Source: an uncultured Ignavibacteria bacterium (GTDB lineage Bacteria > Bacteroidota > Ignavibacteria > Tepidaquicellales > Tepidaquicellaceae). From it: a DNA stretch of 64,000 nucleotides. A program made the translations under genes and the position numbers. The notes under the pieces are model-generated. The model worked only from the letters and a program-made list of their open reading frames with translations. It searched no databases and was not told the origin of the DNA. This document shows, piece by piece, positions 56,289 to 64,000 of the stretch. Location: assembly GCA_937974175.1 (NCBI GenBank), contig CALJIG010000027.1:8809-72808 (forward strand), given 5' to 3'. Numbering within the stretch: position 1 is the first letter of the stretch; the number at the start of each line of letters is the position of its first letter.

Positions 56289-57359
56289 ATGTGGAAATCT
56301 GAAGAAGGTTCAACTGCGAGGCTCATCCAACTGTGCATCGGGTATTTTGTGTTTTATGTGATTACAGGAATTGCTGTTAAGTACTTTACTGAATTCCCTA
56401 CTCGGGATCTTTCTCCCATGAATTCAATGGAGTATCTTGTGTATAATACTCTCGGCGGAAATTTTATTGCTCTGTTAGTTGTCTTTGCATTGAAGTGGTA
56501 TAAATTTCCTGCAGATAGATTAGTGAAGTTAGGACCTATAAGCATGCCATACCAATTCCTTTATATAATTCCTTCAGGACTTTTCACAGCAGTAATTATT
56601 CCTACAACAACATTAATGTATATGCTTCCGATATCTGTAATGGTTGCAATGGTAATTATGAGAGGAAGCGTTATTGTAATAGGAAGAGTAGTCGATGCGA
56701 TTCAGATAAAACAGGGTATTTTAAATAAGCGTGTTTACTGGGAAGAGAATGTTGCAGTAATATTTGCCATACTTGCTGTTGCAGTAAACCTTGTTTCACT
56801 TAAGCCCGGCAGTTTTGATTTTGTAAATTCTCCTGCAGCAGTCGGTATTCTTACTGCATATCTTTGCGCTTATTCATTCAGAATTTATATAATGAACTAC
56901 TATAAAAATACTGCGGGAAAAAATGTTAAGCAGGATAATAAGAGTTTCTTTGCCATAGAACAGATCTCCGCTTCTATATTTATGATTATGATAACTGCAT
57001 TTGTATTTTATGTTTTAGGTAATAATACACAGGTACCGGAAATAGCTGCTTTTAAATCTGCAATAGAAGATCCTAAGCCGTTATGGTATTGGGCTACTGT
57101 ATCCGGGCTTGCATTCGGAATAGTTGCATTCTTTTCGGTATTCATCTTTATGTTCAAAGGAAGAACAGCTACATTTGCCGGACTTGTAAACAGATTAACT
57201 TCACTTGTCGCAGGCACAGCAGCGACACTTGTATTTGCATTTTCATTCGGCGGGAAATATCCGACAACTGAAGACTGGGGAACATTAGGGTTTATTCTTG
57301 TCGCAGTTTATTTCCTTACAAGAGCTGAAAAGAAAAGAACTAAAGAGCTTCATTTATAA
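56289..57359 (+). CDS. Polytopic membrane protein, unknown function
   Basis: 356 aa with about 10 predicted TM helices. I recognise no diagnostic motif. Confidence 0.6.
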   Translation: MWKSEEGSTARLIQLCIGYFVFYVITGIAVKYFTEFPTRDLSPMNSMEYLVYNTLGGNFIALLVVFALKWYKFPADRLVKLGPISMPYQFLYIIPSGLFTAVIIPTTTLMYMLPISVMVAMVIMRGSVIVIGRVVDAIQIKQGILNKRVYWEENVAVIFAILAVAVNLVSLKPGSFDFVNSPAAVGILTAYLCAYSFRIYIMNYYKNTAGKNVKQDNKSFFAIEQISASIFMIMITAFVFYVLGNNTQVPEIAAFKSAIEDPKPLWYWATVSGLAFGIVAFFSVFIFMFKGRTATFAGLVNRLTSLVAGTAATLVFAFSFGGKYPTTEDWGTLGFILVAVYFLTRAEKKRTKELHL

Positions 57360-57371
57360 TTATAGGGCTGA

Positions 57372-58121
57372 ATGAAATTTGACAAATCTTATTGGGAAGA
57401 AAAATTTATTAAAAATGAAACAGGCTGGGATATCGGCTATGTTTCAACTCCGTTAAAAGAATATTTTGATCAGCTTACAAATAAAGATTTAAAAATTCTT
57501 ATTCCCGGCAGCGGCAACGGATATGAAGCAGAATATTTGTTTAATCTTGGATTCAAAAATGTTTTTATTGTCGAATGGTCAGATACTGCAATTAGAAATT
57601 TCATACAGCGCTTTCCCAAATTCCCCAAAGAAAATATTTTTCAGAAAGATTTTTTTCTTCACAGTGAAAAATATGATTTAATAATAGAGCAAACGTTCTT
57701 CTGCGCTCTCCATCCTTCTCAACGGGAAAAGTATGTAACGAAAATGTCCGAACTGCTTTTGCCGCACGGGAAATTAGCAGGATTGCTTTTCAGCAGAGAG
57801 TTTAATTCTCCAGGCCCTCCATTCGGAGGTTCAAAAAATGAGTATGTAAAACTGTTTGAACCTTATTTCAATTTTAAATATTTTGATGAATGTTATAATT
57901 CCATCCCGCCGCGTGCCGGCTCGGAGTTATTCATCAATTTAATTAAAAAGAAAATCTTTAATGAATACACTTACCACTGTAGTTTTACTTGTCATCTCAA
58001 ATATATTCATGAACTTCGCATGGTACGGTCACTTGAAAAAGATGGAGTATCCTGTATGGCAGGCAATTCTTGTAAGCTGGGGAATAGCATTTTTCGAGTA
58101 TGTGCTTATGGTTCCTGCTAA
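57372..58121 (+). CDS. TPMT-like SAM-dependent methyltransferase (the last ~50 codons are probably not native)
   Basis: W...F.....GWDIG and ILIPGSGNGYEAEYL (motif I). PPFGG is typical of the thiopurine/halide methyltransferase family. The Cys-rich tail overlaps the next gene by 161 nt. Confidence 0.6.
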   Translation: MKFDKSYWEEKFIKNETGWDIGYVSTPLKEYFDQLTNKDLKILIPGSGNGYEAEYLFNLGFKNVFIVEWSDTAIRNFIQRFPKFPKENIFQKDFFLHSEKYDLIIEQTFFCALHPSQREKYVTKMSELLLPHGKLAGLLFSREFNSPGPPFGGSKNEYVKLFEPYFNFKYFDECYNSIPPRAGSELFINLIKKKIFNEYTYHCSFTCHLKYIHELRMVRSLEKDGVSCMAGNSCKLGNSIFRVCAYGSC

Positions 58122-58305
58122 CCGAATCGGTTTTCAGACTCTTTCAATTTTTCAGTTAAAAATTCTTCAGGAAGTTATTACAATCAGTGTATTTGTCTTA
58201 ATAGCTATTTTTTATTTTAAAGAATCGATGAAGTGGAATTACATGGTAGCGTTCGGATTTATTATTGGTGCAGTCTTTTTTGTATTCTATGATTTTAAGC
58301 AGTAA
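57961..58305 (+). CDS. DMT-superfamily small membrane protein (DUF486-like)
   Basis: 114 aa with 4 TM helices. The N-terminus ..ISNIFMNFAWYGHLK.. is characteristic of this family. Confidence 0.7.
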   Translation: MNTLTTVVLLVISNIFMNFAWYGHLKKMEYPVWQAILVSWGIAFFEYVLMVPANRIGFQTLSIFQLKILQEVITISVFVLIAIFYFKESMKWNYMVAFGFIIGAVFFVFYDFKQ

Positions 58306-58761
58306 TTATATTTCGTATGTAGTAAGCTCTACTATATATCCGTCCGGGTCCTTTGTATATATTGAATAACAAACACCGTGATTTTCAATATTGTGTTCTA
58401 AATTTTTTTCTTTGTAAACTCTTTTAGCGCGTTCAAAATTTTCTCTATCGACTCTGAAAGCAAAATGTCTTACATCAAATTTTTCTTTTGCGGGACCTGA
58501 ATCTTCTAATGATTCATCAGCAGGAAAAATTGCAAGACCGCTTCCGTTAGAAAGCATGAATGCAGGTACACCATCCCATTTATCTGCATATACTCTTTCA
58601 AGTCCGATAATTTCAGAATACCATTCAATAGTTTTCTGAACGTCCTTTACAGAGATTGCAATATGGTCTAAGCCTTCAGTTTTTATCATACTAGTAGTTA
58701 AATTTTTATTTTCAAATTTAATATCAAACATTATTTTATAAAAGCCAATAGTATCTATCAA
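58306..58761 (-). CDS. VOC (glyoxalase/dioxygenase) family protein
   Basis: GLDHIAISVKDVQKTIEWYSEIIGL and ..TKDPDGYIVEL. The true start is more likely the internal Met at 58689 (MIKTEGLDH). Confidence 0.7.
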   Translation of the reverse strand: MIDTIGFYKIMFDIKFENKNLTTSMIKTEGLDHIAISVKDVQKTIEWYSEIIGLERVYADKWDGVPAFMLSNGSGLAIFPADESLEDSGPAKEKFDVRHFAFRVDRENFERAKRVYKEKNLEHNIENHGVCYSIYTKDPDGYIVELTTYEI

Positions 58762-58766
58762 AATTT

Positions 58767-59315
58767 ATGATTAAGAACAATTATTTCATTCTTACCGGTG
58801 CAATGGGTGCCGGAAAAACATCTGCTATTTATAAAATAAAAGAGAAGGGAATTCACTGGATTGATGAGCCTGCAAGAATAATTTTGAAGGAGCAAAGAGC
58901 AATAGGAGGGGACGGTGTTCCTGAAAAAAATCCGGAACTATTTAACAAACTTATGTTGGAACGAATGATATCTGAATATAAAAATAATTTAGAAAGGAAT
59001 GAGGTTGTTGTTTTCGACAGGGGAATTCCGGATATAATCGCTTACGCAGATATACTACAAACGAAAAAAGAAATGAGTGAAATAGCTGCTGAGGAATTCC
59101 GGTACAATAAACATGTTTTTATGTTTAACGGCTGCGAAGAAATTTATACAAATGATGATGAAAGAAAAGTTGATTTTCAAACTGCGAATAATTTCGGAAC
59201 CTCTTTACGGAAAATATACAAAGATTTAAATTACTCAATTATTGATGTACCCCTGCTTACTATAGAAGAGCGTGCCGGTTTTATTATCAGTACTATTAAC
59301 TCATTTAAGGATTAA
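58767..59315 (+). CDS. P-loop AAA-type ATPase (small predicted NTPase/kinase)
   Basis: Walker A GAMGAGKTS. Walker-B-like VVVFDRG. 182 aa. Confidence 0.7.
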   Translation: MIKNNYFILTGAMGAGKTSAIYKIKEKGIHWIDEPARIILKEQRAIGGDGVPEKNPELFNKLMLERMISEYKNNLERNEVVVFDRGIPDIIAYADILQTKKEMSEIAAEEFRYNKHVFMFNGCEEIYTNDDERKVDFQTANNFGTSLRKIYKDLNYSIIDVPLLTIEERAGFIISTINSFKD

Positions 59316-61182
59316 ATATATTGTTCTCCGAATTTATATCCGGAATTACCTCACTGCCCAACGTAATACTCTTTATTACTTTTCCCGATTCATCCGCTAT
59401 TTCAATTTTCTTTTCTCCGTTTTTCCACACATCCATTTTCTTAACAATTTTATCTGTGCTGCCATCAGAATAAATGATGGAAAGCTCTATAGGCATTGGA
59501 AGCGTTCCGAGATTCTGTATCACTATAATACTCTTTCCATTTTCTTTTTTCACTTCAGCTACTCCCTGCTCAGGATATCCTTTATCGAAAAACCACGGCT
59601 GCCAGAACCATTCTAAATCTTCACCGGAAGCTTCGTTCACTGTAAAGAAAAAATCGTATGGAGTCGGATGCTTTCCGTTCCATCTCTTCATATACTCTTT
59701 CATTATCTCAGTATATTTTTCACGTCCGAAATAATCTCTTAACAGATTATAAATAACCGACGACTTAAAATAAGCATTGTGAGAAAATGCATCACCTTTT
59801 AATAAATATGCAGTAGTCATCATTGATGCTTCCAACTCACTTCCTGCAAAGTTTTCATATCTTCTTGTATTGGCTCTTCTCTTTCTGGTTTTGTCGGATA
59901 ATCTGTCCTGCAATTCTTCGGGGAGCATCTGAGCCATTCCTTCTTCCATCCATGTATATTTTTTTTCATTTATACCCATGTAAAAAGGAAAATACTGGTG
60001 AGCAATCTCATGTGTCGTAACATCAACTGCATCATTACGGGTTTTCGCCGAGCGGTCATTAACAAACATTGGGAATTCCATTCCCCCTCTTAACTGACCG
60101 TTAAATACAGTGAGCGAAGGGTAAGGAAACGGCACGGCAGGAAACTCAGTAGAGAAAAACTTTACTGCATCCTGTGATATTTTGTTTACTTCATAAAAAT
60201 CTTTTGATGCTTTATTATAGACGGCTGAAATAAAAACTCTTCTGCCGGGTTCAACCTCCGCGCTTGTGGCATCCCATAAAGCGTTATTACTTGTACCGAA
60301 TACAAAGTCAGAAACATTTTCTGCTTTATATTTCCATGTATTGAAGCCGCTTTGCTTATTTAAATATTTTTTCTCTTTTAACGTATTCGAATCGATTAAG
60401 TGAATTATGTTCTCCGAAGTTTTTGCTTCATTAAATTTATTTAAAACAGAACTGCTTAAAACTTCAGAAGGATTTTGTAAAACACCGGTTGCCCATACGT
60501 TATAATCATATGGTACTCTTATTTCAACTTCATAATTGTTAAAGTCATTGTAAAATTCAGTCGCTCCGTTATAGTGGAGTTCATCCCATCCGCTTATATC
60601 GTCATATACAGCAATTTGCGGATACCAGTACGCAACCATAAACGTTGTTGCATCCTTTGCTCCCATTCTGATGCTGGTGCCGTTAGGAATTGTAAAGCTC
60701 CATTCAATATCTATGATAGCTGCTGATGAAGGCAGAATTGCGGCATCTAAAAAGGCTATCATTGTAGTTTCATTTCTTGAAATATTCGCTTCGTGTATTT
60801 CTCTGCCGTTAACTTTCAAGGAGTAAAGTAAAATTCCATCCGTTAGTTCATTTAAAGTTATGGCTCTGTCTCTGCTTGTTGTCGGTCTGTAAAGGTCCTG
60901 ATACATTCTGAAATAAATTTTCTTTAATGTGTCAGGAGAATTATTTTTATAAATGATGGTTTCTTTTCCTTTAACATTTCGTGTTTCAGGTTCAATCTCT
61001 ACCTTTATAGTATAGTCAGATGTGTTCTGGAAATATTCAGATCCCGGATTCCCATCATACGAACGTGTTCCTTTATCGTAGGCTTTCTGGAAATTTTTTG
61101 GAAGGTATAGATTTGTTTGTGATTTTAATTCTCCTGAAATGAGGAGTAACGCTAAGAATACAAGAATTGAAAATTGTTTCAT
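59305..61182 (-). CDS. M1-family zinc metallopeptidase (secreted)
   Basis: Signal peptide. HEIAHQYF (HEXXH) followed by WMEEGMAQ (third zinc ligand Glu). GxMEN-like GGMEFP. Confidence 0.85.
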   Translation of the reverse strand: MKQFSILVFLALLLISGELKSQTNLYLPKNFQKAYDKGTRSYDGNPGSEYFQNTSDYTIKVEIEPETRNVKGKETIIYKNNSPDTLKKIYFRMYQDLYRPTTSRDRAITLNELTDGILLYSLKVNGREIHEANISRNETTMIAFLDAAILPSSAAIIDIEWSFTIPNGTSIRMGAKDATTFMVAYWYPQIAVYDDISGWDELHYNGATEFYNDFNNYEVEIRVPYDYNVWATGVLQNPSEVLSSSVLNKFNEAKTSENIIHLIDSNTLKEKKYLNKQSGFNTWKYKAENVSDFVFGTSNNALWDATSAEVEPGRRVFISAVYNKASKDFYEVNKISQDAVKFFSTEFPAVPFPYPSLTVFNGQLRGGMEFPMFVNDRSAKTRNDAVDVTTHEIAHQYFPFYMGINEKKYTWMEEGMAQMLPEELQDRLSDKTRKRRANTRRYENFAGSELEASMMTTAYLLKGDAFSHNAYFKSSVIYNLLRDYFGREKYTEIMKEYMKRWNGKHPTPYDFFFTVNEASGEDLEWFWQPWFFDKGYPEQGVAEVKKENGKSIIVIQNLGTLPMPIELSIIYSDGSTDKIVKKMDVWKNGEKKIEIADESGKVIKSITLGSEVIPDINSENNIFNP

Positions 61183-61206
61183 TCAGAAAAATTATAAATT
61201 TAATAT

Positions 61207-62439
61207 TTAAAAATTTAAAAGCAGAGAGCTGTCACCATAACTTAAAAATCTGAAATCATTTTTCATAGCATAGTCATATATTTTTTCCCATTCACCTTTT
61301 GTAAATGCAGCTATCAGAAGCAGAAGTGTACTCTTCGGCTGATGGAAATTTGTAATCAGTCCGTCAATCACTTTGAATTTATATCCCGGGGTAATTATAA
61401 TTTCAGTCTCACATTCAAGAGTTTCAATCTCATTGAACTTCAGATAATCTGCAAGGGCGCGCATTGCATCTTCCAATGAATATTTTCTCTCATCTTTGTT
61501 TTCATAAGCTTCCCACTGACTAACTTTTAGTTTGTTAATCTGTACACTCGAGTTTTCTATCAGTTTAATTCCAAGCCAATATAGAGATTCAATTGTTCTT
61601 GCAGATGTAGTACCTGCTGCTATAATTTTTTTATCTTCTCTGTTTAATATTTTTTCTATTAGCGCTCTGCTTACAAAAAATTTCTCACCATGCATATTAT
61701 GCTCACCAATCTTATCGCTTTTCACCGGCTGAAATGTTCCTGCCCCTACATGAAGCGTAACGAATTCTTCATCTACTCCTTTTGCTTTCAGCTCTTCCAA
61801 TACTTCAGGCGTAAAGTGAAGCCCTGCAGTAGGCGCAGCAACTGAGCCTTCTAAGTTTGCATAGACTGTCTGATATCGCTCGGCATCAGATTTCTGGTCT
61901 TCTCTTTTTATATATGGTGGAAGGGGAATGTGCCCCACTCTCATTAATACTTCGCTGAAAGTAAGCTCAATCGGATTCCATTCGAACTCTACTTCATACA
62001 CTCCGTTTAAAGGAGCAAATTTTTTTACTCTTAGCTCTACAACTTTTCCTTTAGTAAAAAAATTCTGGATGATAACTTCTTCTTTCCATTTCTTTGCATT
62101 GCCAATCATACATAGCCATCGGCATTTTTTTGTAGCGGCAAAAGCCATAACGAATTCACGTGAAGGCTGAATCGGTTCAAGACAGAATATTTCAATTTTA
62201 TGCCCTTGCGAATCCTCGATTAATATTCTTGCCTTAACAACTTTTGAATCGTTAAATATTAAAATAGAATTTTCAGGAATGTACTGAGAAATATTTTTGA
62301 AAACATCAGTTTCGATATTTTCGTTTCTATATATTAAAAGCTTTGATTCATCTCTTTGCGGTAAAGGGTAGCTTGCAATTCTTTCGGCAGGCAGGTCGTA
62401 ATCGTAATCTTTTATTTCAATCTCTTTAGGGCTTATCAA
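61207..62439 (-). CDS. queA: S-adenosylmethionine:tRNA ribosyltransferase-isomerase
   Basis: YDYDLPAERIA..P...RD.SKLL, AAPTAGLHFT, VTLHVGAGTF.PV, AAGTTS.RT.ES and ITNFH.P.STLL.L. Confidence 0.9.
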   Translation of the reverse strand: MISPKEIEIKDYDYDLPAERIASYPLPQRDESKLLIYRNENIETDVFKNISQYIPENSILIFNDSKVVKARILIEDSQGHKIEIFCLEPIQPSREFVMAFAATKKCRWLCMIGNAKKWKEEVIIQNFFTKGKVVELRVKKFAPLNGVYEVEFEWNPIELTFSEVLMRVGHIPLPPYIKREDQKSDAERYQTVYANLEGSVAAPTAGLHFTPEVLEELKAKGVDEEFVTLHVGAGTFQPVKSDKIGEHNMHGEKFFVSRALIEKILNREDKKIIAAGTTSARTIESLYWLGIKLIENSSVQINKLKVSQWEAYENKDERKYSLEDAMRALADYLKFNEIETLECETEIIITPGYKFKVIDGLITNFHQPKSTLLLLIAAFTKGEWEKIYDYAMKNDFRFLSYGDSSLLLNF

Positions 62440-62885
62440 TTTTCTTTTGTTCTCCTTAATATAATTAATGTGGCAAGTGAAACCAGCAATCCGAAAAATA
62501 TTCTCATATGAGTTGCTTCAACGCCGTATGCAAAAAATATTTCATCTGCCATTATAAATCCTGCAAACAGAATTAATCCTGCAGAGTGCGCTGAATAAAT
62601 ATTTGTGTCTGATGTATTTCTGAATGATTTCCAGAATAGTATTGAGGTAATCAGCTCAAGTAATATAACTCCGCAAAACAAAAAAGCGTTCATTCCAACC
62701 GGCACAGAAAGATTTGCAGTTGTCTGCAAAATCATCTCGAAGTTACCAGATGCGAATTTCCAGTCTTTGGGAAGTGCTCCCATTGCCTTTAATCCGTCGA
62801 GAATATTAGTGAGAGTTACTATGCTGAAATAACAGCTCCAGAACAATAGTACAATTTTCTGTACTGTATTGGCAGTTGCTTTCAT
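62436..62885 (-). CDS. Small membrane protein, unknown function
   Basis: 149 aa with 4 predicted TM helices. It overlaps the queA start by 4 nt. Confidence 0.5.
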   Translation of the reverse strand: MKATANTVQKIVLLFWSCYFSIVTLTNILDGLKAMGALPKDWKFASGNFEMILQTTANLSVPVGMNAFLFCGVILLELITSILFWKSFRNTSDTNIYSAHSAGLILFAGFIMADEIFFAYGVEATHMRIFFGLLVSLATLIILRRTKEN

Positions 62886-63112
62886 ACTAAAATTTTAACC
62901 AAAATATGATTTTTTAACTAAACTTAATACGTAAATGAACAGGGAAAATTTACATAGTACAGCAACTATTTTCGAAGTTTTTATACTCGATTTACCCGTT
63001 TTTAAATTCAGATAGAATTAGAGGTAAACTATTGTAAATATCGAATATAGGCGTTTGGCATAAGGATTGAATAAGAGTGCATCACTAACGAAATACTTAA
63101 CCAAATAAAACC

Positions 63113-64000
63113 ATGCAACCATTTACAATTTTAAAAAGATTTATTCAGATAGCCTTAATGACTTTATTAGGCTTAAACTTTGCAGCCGCTCAGCCAAGAG
63201 GTATCAGCGTTTGTAAAGTTCAAAGTACAGGAAATGGCTCAAACGTTCAGTTTACCAATCCTTATCCGCCTTTCAATACATTTAACGTATTTGCAGGTGT
63301 ATTCAATTCAACTATCGATAATAACGCTGCAAAGATGTACTGCATTGATATAAGAAACAATCTTGTTTTTAATGAAGTTTATAATGATTCAGGATTTACT
63401 CCTTCGAAGATTACTTATGTATTAAATAATTATTTCCCATATAAAGCACATCCATACGCCGGAGCACTTGGAACAAAAGAAAAAGAAGCCGCAGCGGTCC
63501 AGTTAGCAGTATGGCATTACAGTGATGGAGTTGATGTAAATACTGTAAATGTGGCTGATATAAAAACAAGAGCTTTACAAATAATAGCCGATGCAGATTT
63601 AAATGCCGGCTCAGTGCTTCCTGTAAAAACTTTGCAAATTCTCCCTATAAGTATGTTACATAATCCTTCAGTGAAGGATACAATACAAATAAAGGCTTTA
63701 AACGAGCTTGGCGTTGGCGTAAGCGGAATTAATGTAACTCTTACCACAACATCAGGTACTTTGAGCGTTTTGAACACCACAACCGGCGCAGGCGGACTTT
63801 CCCCAAAGATCACGATACAAAAAGGCGCATCATTAACAGTAACAATCACGGCAAATGCAAGTGTTATAATTCCGATGGGAACAAGATACGTTCACTTAGG
63901 CAGCCCGACAACAAAACAAAAACTTGTTATCGCAACACCTGCATACGGAAATAAAACAGATAACTTTGTCTGCTCATGGGATTCAACTTCATCAGGCAGT
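63113..64000 (+). CDS. Secreted surface protein with a thioester-domain (TQXA-like) signature followed by Ig-like repeats (3' end outside the window)
   Basis: ATG at 63113 and open to the window end (296 codons). It is absent from the ORF track because it is truncated. Signal peptide ..LNFAAAQ. MYC77IDI, KITYVLNNYFPY and AAVQ130LAVWHYSDG motifs. Confidence 0.6.
   Translation, partial: MQPFTILKRFIQIALMTLLGLNFAAAQPRGISVCKVQSTGNGSNVQFTNPYPPFNTFNVFAGVFNSTIDNNAAKMYCIDIRNNLVFNEVYNDSGFTPSKITYVLNNYFPYKAHPYAGALGTKEKEAAAVQLAVWHYSDGVDVNTVNVADIKTRALQIIADADLNAGSVLPVKTLQILPISMLHNPSVKDTIQIKALNELGVGVSGINVTLTTTSGTLSVLNTTTGAGGLSPKITIQKGASLTVTITANASVIIPMGTRYVHLGSPTTKQKLVIATPAYGNKTDNFVCSWDSTSSGS

Noticed and set aside
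59272-60020. Plus-strand ORFs 59272-59616, 59474-59734 and 59823-60020
   Set aside because: They are antisense to the M1 metallopeptidase gene, which has an intact HEXXH...E signature. Their translations are hydrophobic, low-complexity and motif-free.
1-64000. Search for tRNA/rRNA genes, IS elements, integrases, prophage genes and att-like direct repeats flanking the 24778-26986 cassette
   Set aside because: I found none by eye. The intergenic regions are short and AT-rich with no cloverleaf-like segments. No DDE/tyrosine-recombinase-like ORF is present, and I saw no direct repeats bracketing the cassette. Its mode of acquisition is therefore unknown.

Overview
This is an AT-rich chromosomal segment from a diderm bacterium of the FCB-group type, probably Ignavibacteria/Bacteroidota-like. 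That placement is an inference from T9SS C-terminal sorting domains carrying NYPNPFNP, TonB-dependent receptors, many TTG/GTG starts and little Shine-Dalgarno signal. I can support about 65 protein genes. I found no rRNA, tRNA, CRISPR array, transposase or integrase. Most of the window is housekeeping or core metabolism: tex, kdsA, tandem PPi-type and ATP-type phosphofructokinases, fsa/tal, gcvT, comB, ftsK, carA-folD-prmA-ppx, deoC plus aldehyde dehydrogenase, an Acs-family ligase, queA and a YdeP-fdhD-mobA molybdoenzyme operon. It also contains an envelope-stress-like module (LTXXQ protein, OmpR-type regulator, histidine kinase) and a cluster of T9SS-sorted Asp-box beta-propeller proteins. 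Tandem duplication is frequent, with five paralogue pairs. The best candidate for an undescribed system is a tightly packed cassette directly after ftsK (24778-26986). It holds two compositionally deviant orphan genes, the second with a class-III-cyclase-like palm signature, coupled to an intact class-II Fic AMPylase. Other items worth a second look are: a duplicated small-membrane-protein plus TonB-receptor module whose first receptor copy is a recently decayed pseudogene; a structured intergenic region whose hairpin loops carry CUCCUUC; a 4-copy 20-nt motif embedded in a 98-bp tandem repeat; an unannotated 52-codon ORF; and a secreted protein with a Cys...Q-x-A-V-W thioester-domain signature. 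All functional calls come from motif recognition by eye. No searches were run.
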